A stretch of 64,000 bases of DNA from Gracilinanus agilis (Eukaryota). Every line of letters begins with the position of its first letter. Position 1 is the first letter of the stretch. The translations under genes were made by a program, and so were the position numbers. Under the pieces are notes generated by a model. It was not told where the DNA came from. It made no database searches and saw only the letters and a list, made by a program, of their open reading frames with translations. The DNA lies in assembly GCF_016433145.1 (NCBI RefSeq), contig NC_058132.1, forward strand, positions 86,797,272-86,861,271, written 5' to 3'. Shown in pieces: positions 11,855 to 24,365 of the stretch.

Positions 11855-13886
11855 TGTAAGAAATGAAATGGATGTAAAAGGATAGATTTAAAAATATTAT
11901 GGTTTTAAAAGATTTATTAACAGCCATTAGAAAAATAAAGCCACGTTCCCTTTTAAGAGTTAGTTTGAAAGTCCCACCATACCTCCACCACTATGCTGCT
12001 TCAGCTGGAAAAGAGAGAGTTTTCTTCCAGGCACCTCCCTTTTATTCTTCTCTCTATGTTATTACACTTCCTGTCTATGTGATTACACAAGAGGAATCAT
12101 GGGAAATGTAGTTTGAAAGAGCCCTAAATATCCACAGGAAGTTTAGCTCAGGGACCTCAAAATTAGTTCAAGGACTCCCCAATTTCCAATATCACATTCC
12201 ACCTTGAGATGCAGAGGACAGACTGGTCTTCCTGATGGATCTTGTAAAACATAACACATAACTAGCTTATAATTACAGAAATTTGGGGATAAAAAGAAAA
12301 GAGGACAAAAACCAATGATTGCGAGGCACATTGACAAAAGCCAATTAGGGGGCAGTCCCCTTCAGCATAAGAGTGTACATTCAAAACAAATGCATTCAAC
12401 TCCCCATATTTCAATCAACTGTACCCCAAAGTTCATTTTGGATCTTCTTGATTCAGTGTATGTTCATAGTGCCTTCTCCAAACAGGTTTGTTGTCTGGAT
12501 TCTGGGAAGATGGCAAATTTCTTATCCTGAAATTACTCTCAAAAGAATTTAAACTTTACATTATAGATTATAAAAAATACATTCCCTTCTGAGGAGAATA
12601 ACACATTCCCTTCTGAAATTACTCTCGAAAGAATTTTACATTATAGATTATAATAAAGACATTCTGATTATAAAATATACATACCCACCCTGAGGAGGGT
12701 TAAGGCCAATGCCCAGATCAGCTAAGGATACATGGCTGAGTTATGGGGTTGTGTGAATAATTGGCAAAAGAAATTTAAAAAAAATTTAAAAATCTGAATA
12801 AAAGAGAAAAAACTTGTGAATTAAATGTAAAATATCAAAGTTTTATGTGCAAAAATGTAGGAAAAAATAAACTTATAACAGGTCCTTGAATCAAGGTCCA
12901 ATTAAAGTGATTTAAGTAATTGTGCAATTACCCAATTCAATAGCCAGGACTACAGACAACACTTATAAGAAAAATAAAAGGACCAAATTTGTGTGCAAGG
13001 GAAGTGTCTTTGCCCGATTTGATTTGCCTGCACTTCTCAGAAATAGGGTGAGCCAGGATGATGGCCAACCTTTTGCACTTGACTAGGATTAAACTCAGGG
13101 AAGTCTGGCCTCTAACATATGTAAGAAAAGCTGCAACCCTGAACCCCAATCGCTAAGTTCAAGTCCTTCAGTTTTGGCATAGAAGTTCAACAATCCTACC
13201 TGGATTGATATTGGTCTGTTTTGACCTTGTGCTGCTAGGCACTGTGCAGTTTCTCACCAATCCCATTTGGGACTGGGTGGTCTTCTTGACCTTGTAGATC
13301 TTTTGTTCCCTTCTCCTGGCATCTGACAGAATTGTTAATTACAGTGCCTAATATTTGCCAATAATTGGCAGGTTACCATAGACTAAGGCTTTGGGGTATG
13401 CATTAATATTATAGTAGTTATATATATATATATTAAACTTATGTTATTGTATATATATTATTGTAAAATCAAAAAGATTAATATTGATTATATGTACTTT
13501 AAGTACAAAATGAGAAAAAAGGAAAAAGAGTCAATTATTCTATTAAAAAAACAAAAAGAAAAGAAATAAGAAAATTAAAAATTTATGGAAAAATACAATG
13601 TTTTCAAGCAAAAAATGAGAGCAAAAAAACACTTAAATACTGTATTGCACATAGAAGGGAAAAAATAATAAAAGAATGTTTTAAAAATCAAAATACATAT
13701 AGCTTAGAATTAGTGAAAGGTTTTTCACCCAAAAATGAGATACATTTCTTTCTAAGCTTTTCCATGAACTCCTGTGAGTGTAAATCTTTTTCATAAAATA
13801 GCAGAAATTTATAATGCAATTCAAATAAAGTACCCAATTTTCCAAAATTACAATAACATAAAAATTTCCAAAATTACAATAACACA
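11855..13886 (-). mobile_element. ~2.03-kb solo-LTR-like element inserted into the ERV pol
   Basis: TGT...ACA termini; 4-bp TSD AAGG at 11851-11854 and 13887-13890; internal tandem repeats; AATAAA on the minus strand near 11915. Confidence 0.75.
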
Positions 13887-13890
13887 AAGG

Positions 13891-14540
13891 TAATATTTTC
13901 ACTACCTAAGAAGGCTACTTCATATCTAGTGAGTCTTTGATCTGAAAATGCCTGTGTTCTATGCCTTAACATCAATGCCTTAACTTCATGTGGGCACATT
14001 AGGTTTAATAGGCACCCTAATATTAAATCAGCAGATTTAGTTACTAACAAAGCTGTGGCAGCTATTCCTCACATGGTGGGGCTCCTGAAGTTACTGGGTC
14101 CAGCTGGGCTGAATAATAAGCAACTGGATACAGAAAAGGTCCTAAAGTTTGAGTTAAAACACCTGAAGCTACCCATCTCTTTTGTATACATTTAAGGTAT
14201 ATGACTTTTTGTAATCTGGAATGCCTAGAGCGGAGGCAGACAGGATAGTCTGTTTTAGTCTGAAAGGGCTGACAGGTGTTCTGCATCTAATTTAAGTGGT
14301 TCAGGTTCATTTTTTGTCAGAGCCATAAGGGGTTTAGTGATTTCCCCTTAGCAAGGGATCCACTGCCTACAAAACCCTGTTGCTCCTAAAACTGCCCTCA
14401 ACTGTTTCTTAGTGGAGGAGGCAGTCACTTTCTGAATAGCTTCAATGAGCTTAGGCGAAATGGAGTGGGCACCAGTAGTTAGAACAAACCCTAAGTCCTG
14501 CATCTGAAATCGTCAAATAGCTGCCTCCTTGAACCTCCAA
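13891..14540 (-). mobile_element. ERV pol: RT thumb/connection domain, same provirus as 10492-11854
   Basis: Minus-strand translation KKQLRAVLGATGFCRQWIP...VASGVLTQTLGP..PVAYYSAQLDPVTSGAPPC...LTRYEVAFLGSENIT. Confidence 0.88.
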
Positions 14541-15309
14541 AACAAGCCCTCTGTCTTAGTGCAGATTCTTATCAATCCCACAGAGATTATTGGTCTCCTT
14601 GAACTTGTGCTTCCTGGCTCTGTGCAGTGTCTCTTTTGTGATCTCTTCCTCTGAAATCAGACACATGCCAAAGACATGATGGGGAAATTTCATACTCCAT
14701 CACAAAAAAGGGCAATCATTAGAATATCATTTATTAAATGACATGAGGCCTACTTTGCTACTATATACATCATATGGTCATAAACTATATATGATGATGG
14801 AAAATGCTACTCAAGAACTATATACTCTGAAAATTACTTTGGGCTAGACTGATAAGAATTACTCAAAAGAATAAGAACTATCAAAATAAAACCAAAAATT
14901 AAATAACAAACTTAAGAAAAAAATTTTAAAAGGGGCCTATAAGCCAGGTCAGCAAAAGATAATCTAGGAACTCTTGAACTATCTGAAAACTCTGATTTTT
15001 AAAAATCATTTAGATACTATATTTCAGGTAATTATAAATAAATATTGCTCCAAATTCTTAGAACCAAAGAACCAAATGAAAATAAGAATAATCTATCTTC
15101 CACTTCCTGAAAAAGATTCCAAATGAAAATTCCCAATAATTTCATAGAACAAAATTAGAACCTCTATGTCAAAGAGAATAATATTCATGCATTTTGAGCA
15201 AATTTGATATGAGAATAGTTCATGAAAGCTTTTACCAATGATATTTCTACATCTTTCCAGTTTTATATGTAATTGTTTCATTTACAAATATAGGGAGACA
15301 CAAACTGAT

Positions 15310-15715
15310 AGAGCCACTCTTAGGGGGCAGAATGGGAACCCAGAGTTCCTAGAGTAAGGATGAGGGAAAAGAAGAGAGAAAAGACAAAGTTTGCGGTTGG
15401 AAGGGCTCAATTGCTGATGACAATGACTGACAGTTTATTGAATGAATACACAAGTTTATAAAGACAAAAACCACAAGGAAATTTTCTCATGGAAATTCAA
15501 TCAACTTTCTCATAACAAAGATAGCCTTCAGAGAGAAAGCCTTGAGCAAGGAACTGGGGGCATAAGAGGAACTGAGAAAGGGGAGAAGCAGGTACTGACA
15601 AAACATATTTTTCTGTCTGGGGAAAAAAGGTCTGGGGAAGGGAGCCTGGGAAAAGAAGCCTGGGAAAGGATTATTGCCTCATATCAGCAACTTGTAAAGA
15701 AAGGTGGAAATTGTA
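15310..15715 (-). mobile_element. Possible solo LTR
   Basis: Minus-strand caataaa at ~15437 followed by U5-like sequence; purine-rich plus strand typical of antisense LTRs; ends unresolved. Confidence 0.3.
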
Positions 15716-16699
15716 AGTTTTAAATTTAATATTCAATGCCTCCAAAGTATAATATTTATAAGGATTTTATTTAAAGCACAGGTAAAGAGTCTCAACTCAA
15801 CCTTACCATGCCACCTCCTCTCCAAAAAGCCCCATCACCACGCCCACAACAACCATATCAAAAAACAGCCCGTGAAAAGCCACATGAGGGAATCAGCTAT
15901 TTTGTTGATGGGAGATGTGGAAGCTGAGGGATCTCAGGCCTTAGTCAGACCCTGGACCTTACCTAACATTAGGGGTCAACAGACCTTTGCCTTTTCAGAC
16001 CCTGAGACCTCAGTCCCTAACAATAAACATGCTTGCTACTATACTGAAGGATGTTTGATATAGAATCTAAGTGGAAGTAAAATTCCCTTAGAAAGTGAGG
16101 TCCTTTAGATGCTTCTGTTTGAAGGTAGTATATTGATTGCATTCAGCCCTGGAATCTTGCAAAGAATCTTAAATGAAATTCTTAATTAAAAAAAAACACC
16201 CAATGCTGAACTTAAAAGAACATAAAATAAAGCAAGTATTTCCATATAACTAACAGAACAGTAGAGGATTGTAAATGAAATTGGACTTTTTTAGGATGTT
16301 TTTCAAGTGTATAATAATCCTTGAAATGGAGGGAGGGACAGAGACAGAGGCAGACAGAAATTAGAGGAAGAAAATGAGAAAACGACAAGGTAAAAATATA
16401 TTGTTTAAGAAATGGTGAGCTTATGGGGGATTCAAATTTAATTCCCAACTAATAAAGATATTAAGCATCAGCTATATACTGAGAACCATAACTACTAGTC
16501 TACTTATTATTTATCACACATAATTAGTGTCTTTGTGTTCCTAGAATGAGCTCTCTGTTCATTTTGGTTTAGCAGAAAGCCTATTTTCCTTCACAAATTA
16601 GCTAAGTTGTTACTTTCTTCATGAAGTTGTTCATAATTTCCCCAATTATTAGTGCCTTCCATCTCACCAAAGTGCCATTTTCCTTTTGAATATATTTTG

Positions 16700-16830
16700 T
16701 ACATACTAGTGTATGTGCATGCCGTCTACTCTATTAGAATGTAAGCTCATTGAGGGCTGGGATTATTCTCACTTCTGTCTGTGTAGTCCTACTACCTGCC
16801 TGAGACAGAGTAGACAGCTAATGTTCATTA
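16700..16830 (+). mobile_element. L2 3' tail
   Basis: attagaatgtaagctcattgagggc... Confidence 0.6.
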
Positions 16831-19800
16831 AGTGATTTTCTGGTATTCTTTTAACTGCCTAATGTCCTGCTATCATAACTAAGTAATTCGAAGGTTTGTT
16901 GAAGTTTGCCTCATATCAATTCTGGAATTTCCACTGGGCTTAGCATATCTAAAGCTTATGAAATTGAGAACATTCATCAAAATGAGCAATAAATATGGGA
17001 TGAGCCCAAAATGTGTGTGTTTGTGAGGAATGTGAAGGCTAATATATAAACATTGTCTACTAGGTAGGACTAATTTTTTTTGAGAGGGGTGATTTTTCAA
17101 AGGCAATGCATTATTAAAATTATAATCGAAATCAAAGGGAAAATAAAATTCCATATAGAAATGTTTGTTTTATGTATAACAGAATTATTCAATAAAAGCC
17201 TGGTCTTGGAAACACATAAATGATTGATGAGCTTGCTTTTGGAACAGTGCCTGACATATTAGGTATATAATAAATGCATATTGAATTGATTTGATATGTT
17301 CAATAAATGCATCAGTTGCTACAAGAACAGTCTATTTTTGTTTATTTCTATTAATATTTTTTCTGCTCTAGAAGAACCACCCAAACACACCTACTATAAC
17401 CCTGTCTCCATCAGAAAACTCTACCTGAGGTTCAGTAACTATTATATCCTCCAGAAGAAACTCAAAGTCTCTTAATTCTTGGTTTTTTGCAATAGGTTCA
17501 GGTTCAGAATCTTAGGTCTTTCATCACAGGACACAACTTGTGTGTGTGTATCAGGGAATTGGAAGCCCTTGGGAAATGGGATGCCCCAAATGACTATGTC
17601 AACTAAGATCCTCAAGAGGGTGAGTTTAGACTCATAAAGGCTTTTGTACAACTCTATCTGCCAGCCAAAGCCTATGGAACGGACGCAAAGCCAGACAGCC
17701 ACTAGAGCTGGCCAAGACAACATTTCTGTGAGTGGTATGTGTGTGTGAAATTTCCTTGGTGAGGACTGTGTGAAATGGAGGATGAGTCCTGGGCCATACC
17801 ACTTTCAATTCACCTACTTGTTAGAAAGAATGATCCCTTCCTCACAAATTTATTTATGTTCTCCCCACATATCAAAGAGGCTGATAATGTTATTATTTTT
17901 TGTATTGTTATTTTCATGATTATTGTTTCTTTCTAAAATTAGTTGCAGTGTTAACTAGTCCACAGTAACATCCCTTTGTGAGCTTCAGGTGTAGTACTTG
18001 GACTAGAGAGCTTTAGATAGAGAAAACACCTTCTTCTTTTAATTGGGGAAGAGATCAAAATGGAGATATCAGTGAGTATCAGGAAGGCAAAGACAAATGA
18101 CAAAAAATGGTATATGTGTGTGTTTTTAAAGAGAGAGTTTTGGGCTTCAGAGTTTGAAGTAAGCACCATCCAAGTAATAGCTACCTTGTTATACTTTCAA
18201 ATGGGACCAGTTGGTAAGAAAGCCTGTGGTGTGTACAAAGGTTACCATCATTTTAATAATGAGCTGAGGCATCTACAAAAACTGTAACCCACTTTGCATG
18301 TCCTTCTCTATAAGGGATGCTTGGAGTACCATCCCAGTAATGGCCATGCTGCATCAGGCAATGTTGAGGCACTGGAATCTGGGCAGGAGGAGGTAAGGAA
18401 TGCAGCAATTCCCAATCTTTCCCTAGCTAGCTTTTATCTAGTCCCCAAAGTGAATCAATCTTGGATCCACATAATCAGCCTGTAGTCATGATTATTTTCA
18501 CTTCTGCACATTAATCTGTGCACCCCACATCTCCACCATTGATCTTTGTTGTACCTAGGTCTCCCTCAGGGGTTATTGTGGATCAAACCTCTAGTCTTTT
18601 GCTTCTAGGGTTATGTGGGCAGATCTCTAGGTGGTGTCCTACTCTTTGCTTGAAAGCAGAAAAGGGGAGAGGCTACCATGCTCTTCTTGAGGGTCTGGAA
18701 GAATTCAAGAATTCAAGCTGAAGGAGACTAAAGAGATAATCAGACTGGTTCCTCTCATTTGTAGAACTTGATGCTGAGAGAAATTAAATGACTTGCTCAG
18801 AGTCACACAGCTAGTGTCTAAGGAAAAGATCCCAAATCAGGTTTTATTTTTTAAATTCTAAGTCCTGAACTATTTACTGTGCTGTTTCCCTTTAAAGAAA
18901 GACTGAAAAGGTCCCATGGTGTTGGAAGTGAAGACAACAAACCACCCTTCTACTTCTCACTTTCAACGTAGACAACCTAGACTTCAGATGCTGGAGATTA
19001 CTCTCTTTTGGAGAGAACAATTGGCATACATCCATCTATGAGATGAGAGAAAATCCTTACCAACTAAACTTCTCTGACTGTCCCTTTCCTGAGTTTGTCT
19101 TAGAGACAATCTCAGGCCCAGAGAGGGAGTGGGATGTAGTGGAATCCTTAGGCAGAATGAAGGCAGTGAGTGTTCCAGGTGGAGAAGGCTTCAACCAATT
19201 GTGTAATAATTTACTACTAGGCATTCTCAGTCTATCTTCTAGCCATGGCTTTAGACATTCTTCTTTTTGCTCTCATCCTCTTCTGGCTCTTCTTGTCCTA
19301 ACTCTGAACCTCAGCAACTGCTTTACCCTTGGCATATGTAATTTTCTCCTTTCTCTCTCTCTTAGAAAGGGTTGTTTTCATACTTTCTCTAAGCTGTGAT
19401 TCCAAGAAGTGGTAGAAAAATTGGAATGGGAATAGAGTAATTTATTATTTCCTGCCTCTTCCAATTAAAAACTGTTGCCCAAAATTCCATCCTTGAAGAA
19501 ACTTCTAGTTCAGACATTCTTAATCATTTCTTGTATCATGGATGCCTTGGGTAGTCTGATGAAACCTGCGGATCCCTTTTCAGGATAATATTTTTAAATG
19601 AATGAAAGAAATGCTAAATTTCAGTCAGAGGTGAATGAAAACGAATATGTAATTTTTTTCCTATTCAAGTTCACAGATACTTAAATAGGCATTGTTCTAG
19701 CTCATTCCTTAAATGGGAAATTAATATTGCATTATGATATGATATCACGTGAAATAATTTTCCCTTTAACACTCTCTCACCCTAGGTCAGGCTGAAACTA

Positions 19801-21099
19801 AGGGCAAAACTCCAGACCTCTAGTCCCTCCCCACTCAACTATGAGTCAGGATCTTTTGTCTTGGTTAAAATGATTAAGGGCAACCATGGTGAACTCAGGT
19901 TGAGGAAAATCAGCAAGCTCTAGAAATTATGTTGGACTCCATGTGGCTGAATGTCTTTCTGTCCTCTGGGTTGCTACTACACTCCCCTCTTGTGATGAAG
20001 TAATGAGAGAGCAGCTGAGGTGTTCAAGTCCACTTCTTCAGTGGCTGTTTACCAATCAGTGAAGTCTTGGGATGTCCAGGGGAGGGATTCAATGGTTAGC
20101 TCACAAGTGGTATATAAACATGCACCAGAAAAGAGAAGCACTTGTATTTTTAATTTTTATTTTTTTGCTTTGCTAGATTGAAGAGAGAGCCAACTGATCA
20201 GATTAGTTTGTCTTGACCAGTCAACTAATAAAGAATTTTAAAATTATGAAATATTGCCTCAAGAATTTTAATCATTACAAGTTTAAAAGTCTATTTCATT
20301 TGATTAAGGCATGCTTGGTACATCATCAGTCCTGATTCCTAAATAAGCATGAAGAATTTGAGAGTTAGTTTGGATGGTGAGGAGCAAGGACTAGGAAGGC
20401 GCCCAACACCTGAGAGAGAGGGCATTCTTATGGGAGAATAGGAAGATTGGGAATATCTACACTGACTCTACAAAGTTTCTGGAGCTGACTTCACTCTATA
20501 CTACTTAGCCAGATGACTCTTTTGCTCCTTTATATGGAATTAATTATCTGTTTAATACTAGTCTTCAAATGGGGGATTATGGGAGAACCGAACTATGTTT
20601 CAGATCCTAGAGATAGGGAATGAGTGGGGGTGGATCTGTTATTGGGAAAGCCTCATAATGCTCTATACATGTTGTGTTTTTTCCCCATAATCTTTATTTA
20701 GAATGGAAACTAAGTTACTAGTTTCAAGGTAGAAAAATATTCAGGACTAGGCAATGGGTTGTTTATTTTTAAGAAATGTGCTTTATTATAATAACTGTAC
20801 CCACAGTGATGTGATTCCAATTTTAGCTAGCTCTCAGAGCAGAAGTCTTACATCCATCCTTCCAGAGGCATCTGCTTCAATGCCTCACGCATTTCTCTAC
20901 TGGTGACCACTCACCTGTGATTATAGAAGGGCATCCTTACGGCCTCTAAGTGCACAAGGTCACACAACAAGAAGCATCTGAGGTCATATTTGAACCCAGG
21001 ATCTCCCATTTCCAGGTCTGACTCTATTCATTGAATGATCTAGCTGCCTCAGCATGTCCTGTTTCTATTAAGCTATCTATGATCCTTCTACTTTTTCTC

Positions 21100-21450
21100 C
21101 TCTCCTCAATCCTTTGTTAATCTAACTTTTGAACTCACCACTCAAAAAATCAGAAACTGCTTTTTCTACAGTTGTCAATGATCAGATGTAGTAATTACCA
21201 AATCCAAAGACTATTTCTCAGTTCTTATCCTTCTTGACATTTCTTCAGCATTTGGCGAGATTGACCACCCTCTCTTGGATCTTCCTTGCTCTCTGATTTC
21301 ATAATACTACTCTGTCTTGGTTCTCTTACCATTTGTCTGTCTATTCTTTCTCAGTATCCTTTGCTGGTCACCATCCATATGGTCTGACTTCTAACTTTGG
21401 GTACCCCAATTTTTGACTCTTCTGGCCTTTTCTGTCCTGTCCTCTATACA
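21100..21450 (+). mobile_element. L2 ORF2 (RT) fragment
   Basis: cagaaactgct...caatga...ccaaatccaa...ttcttatccttcttgacatttcttcagcatttg..tgaccacc pattern. Confidence 0.65.
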
Positions 21451-21517
21451 TTCTTACTTATATTAAAGAGGTATTAAAAGAAGAGGAGCAAGGAGCTGGG
21501 TATAGGAATCTCTGGAG

Positions 21518-21730
21518 AATCACAGAATCTTTGAGTTGGAAGGGCTCTTTGACAGCTTCTCATCCAATCTATAACTAAATAGGCAATCCCTCTGATTATA
21601 TAAATATATCTCTGATAAATAGTTATCCAGATCCTGACTGAATAACACTAGTGATAAAGAACTCGATATCCTCTGAGAAAGCACATTTTTTGTCAATTCT
21701 AATTGTTCTATGTGTTCCTTAAGTTGAACA
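21518..21730 (-). mobile_element. L3/CR1 3' fragment
   Basis: gaatcacagaatctttgagttggaagggc..., the antisense CR1 tail. Confidence 0.55.
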
Positions 21731-21869
21731 GAAGAAAGGAAAGAGGAATCAAGATTTGTATGCTTGTTCACATTCCCCTATAGCAAGGGAAGGGAAGGGG
21801 AATAAGCATTTATATGACACCTACTATATGTTTGTATAACACCCATTATATGTTCATATAAAACCTGAC

Positions 21870-22090
21870 ATGACAGCCACTTCACAGATATTAACTCATT
21901 TGATTCTCACAACAACCCTGTGTCATGAATACTATTGTTACCCCTATTTTCCATTTGAGGCAATTGAGGCAAACAAAGATTAAGTTATTCACTTATGGCC
22001 ATACAACTATTAAATGTCTGGGTTTGAATTTGAATTCAGATGTTCCTGCCTCCAGGACCAGCACTCTATATATTGCATCCCTTAGTTGCC
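21870..22090 (-). mobile_element. MIR-type SINE ending just upstream of the acceptor at 22130
   Basis: ctcatttgattctcacaacaaccctg...tgaggcaaac...gaatttgaattcag..cctgcctccagg..cagcactctat. Confidence 0.65.
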
Positions 22091-22111
22091 TAGAAAGCCA
22101 AAGACTGAATT

Positions 22112-22130
22112 AATTTCCTTTCTCTTTCAG
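22112..22130 (+). promoter_or_regulatory. 3' splice acceptor of the first coding exon of the split OR
   Basis: aatttcctttctctttcag ending at 22130, 25 nt upstream of the ATG at 22156. Confidence 0.75.
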
Positions 22131-22155
22131 CCAGGCTCCAACCCACTCCCCATCC

Positions 22156-22404
22156 ATGGCTTTGTCACTCAACAGCTCTTCAACCCAGGTGACTGAGTTT
22201 CTGATGATCTGCTTTCCAGGCATGCAGGACACACAACACTGGCTGTCAGTGCCCCTGACCCCTCTATTAGTGCTGGCCCTGGGGGCCAATGTGGTGCTAT
22301 TGCTGGCCATCCATCAGGAAGCTTCTTTGCATGAGCCCATGTATTACCTTTTGGCTATCCTCTCCCTCTTGGATGTCATACTCTGTCTAACTGTCATCCC
22401 TAAG
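22156..22404 (+). CDS. OR56-family receptor, coding exon 1 (aa 1-83, N-terminus to end of TM2)
   Basis: MALSLNSSSTQVTEFLMICFPG...LHEPMYYLLAILSLLDVILCLTVIPK followed by donor AAG|GTAAGG; 249 nt, phase 0. Confidence 0.9.
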
Positions 22405-22705
22405 GTAAGGTCCTTGATCTATCAACTGCTTCACAGCATGTGGACATAACTGGCCTTACTGACTTTTGTCATCATAAATCTCAGGTCCTGAAATATTTCC
22501 AAAATCCCTAAGGCCACTCATTAATCACTTTCCCCAAATTCATTTAGTTATTGCTGTCCCTATGATTCCTTCACCTTGACCTCACAGAGAGTTATCTCAT
22601 ATTAGTAGTATTTTCAAATGACAAAAGGAAAGGGAGAAAAAATCAGATCTAATTATTAGCTCATGGATTTTTAAAAATGTCTTTTGAGTTCTGGTTGTCT
22701 TAGAC

Positions 22706-22925
22706 CAATGATGTCAAAATCATTTAGAAATGAGGGTCCCAAACCATACATAAGCATCCCTGCAGGTATATGCTGTCTTAGAAAGCCACATGTTGTCTTA
22801 TGTTGTCATTACCTATATTTTATGCTACTTTTAATGATTTTGTGAAATATTTTCTAGTTAAATTTTAATGTAGTTTCAGTTGCACTAAAAGTGTTATGAG
22901 TAACTATACATCTGACAACTCTGTC
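22706..22925. mobile_element. Degenerate hAT-type MITE inside the intron
   Basis: Imperfect inverted ends caatgatgtcaaaa...tctgacaactctg. Confidence 0.35.
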
Positions 22926-23142
22926 TTAAACCATAGAGACACCTGAAGTTGCTTTAACTTTGGTCCATAATTTCTGTTTGGGGAGGTCTGAGAGGTTGTG
23001 AGAATCAGAGGAAAAGTCTAATCCTCCATTTGATTGATCACACAACCCAGAAATCTTACCATTACTTATGGAGCTTAGAGCTGAATAAAGAATAGCATCA
23101 AAAATAAAGTTATTGCTCTGGGGAACAACAAAAATAATTTGA

Positions 23143-23480
23143 GAATCACAGAATCAGAGAATTTGAGAGTTGTAAGGGACCTCGATGGTTAGGTAGTCCA
23201 TTGCATTTGAAATATTTAAAATATTTCAATATTATTTTTAATTTAATTTTTTTTAATTTCAAAAATGTTCTAAAGCATTTTTAAATTACATGTGAAAAAG
23301 AATCTCCTTAATAAAATACTTGCTAAATGACCATACTCTCATTTGTTTGAACACCTCCACTAATGTAGAACCTACAACATTCCAAAGCAGGTCATTACAC
23401 TTTGGTTCCTGCTTGACAGGAACTTTTCACTTACTTCAAGTCTTAATTTGCCTCTTTTGAATTGATATTGTTCCTATTTA
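23143..23480 (-). mobile_element. L3/CR1 fragment inside the intron, interrupted by AT-rich sequence
   Basis: gaatcacagaatc..gagagttgtaagggacctc; gaacacctccactaatg..aacctacaacattccaaagcagg. Confidence 0.55.
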
Positions 23481-23734
23481 TGCCAAGGAAAAAGCTTCTT
23501 TTCCTATTCAGCCATTCTAATGTTTAAAGACCTGTATTGTATTCTCCTGCCCTCCCTCCCAACCAGGTGATCCTCATCCCCAGATCACTCTTTTCTAGGA
23601 GAAAAATAGAAGTAATTATCACCAAGTAGATGAATATTAGGGTAGTAGAAAGAGTAAATGAGATCAAATCCTTAAAGCATTTTCTGTGCAACGTATAGTC
23701 TCCTAGAACTGTACTTAAAGGATGTAACTTGACT

Positions 23735-23832
23735 AAAGACAAATAACCAATACACATTAGAGATGAGACTTGGACCCATGGCTGGTCTGACTTTGAGATC
23801 AGCTCTCTATCCACTATACCATACTGCCTCTC
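23735..23832 (-). mobile_element. MIR head fragment inside the intron
   Basis: gacttggaccca..tctgactttgagatcagctctctatccactataccatactgcctctc. Confidence 0.55.
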
Positions 23833-24365
23833 ATGTTATCCTAACTCTTCTCACAATACCATTGTGTCCTTGAATAAGTCCCCTAACTGGTCAGGTTTAG
23901 AGTTAGAGTTGTTAGTTGTTAGAGTTGGACTAGATAATATTGAATATTTCTCGCAGCCTCCAAAATTATGATACCATGAATGTAGCTCAAACTAAGGTCA
24001 TAAAGCCTAGAAAAGTTCAGGACAATGGAAATGTTCAGATTGGGAACATCTCCCAGTGTGGGCAAGTTGGGATTTGAATATTGAAAAGGATGATGGATAT
24101 AGATAGGAATAGGAAATTGGGAAGGGAATATTGGAAGGACCATAATTAATGTCAGAAGGATAGGCATTGGCAAGCCACATAAAAGATAGAGAGGGGAGAG
24201 TTGGGGTTAAGGAGATACATCAGGGAGAAAAGTGAGATAAAATTTGAATGTATTTTAGTGCAAAATTGGATTAATCTAATGGAAATTTGGAAGCTGCTAT
24301 GGCTTCCTAACCTACTGTTGATGTTAAAATATAAGAACAATATTTGAGAATGATGATTCTGGCAG

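Larger units (their letters stand above)
22405..24365 (+). other. 1961-bp GT-AG intron within an OR coding sequence
   Basis: Removal restores CLTVIPK|VLLIFWF, gap-free against both intronless paralogues in this window; donor strong, acceptor (gatgattctggcag) weak. Confidence 0.8.

Noticed and set aside
12525-12700. Direct repeats and the 24-bp end repeat (13838-13886) as a CRISPR-like or other novel array
   Set aside because: Only two imperfect copies each, inside an LTR-like element where such duplications are routine
22156-22449. 97-aa ORF read as a standalone truncated OR pseudogene
   Set aside because: OR similarity ends exactly at a consensus donor (AAG|GTAAGG) and resumes in frame at 24366, so it is better explained as exon 1
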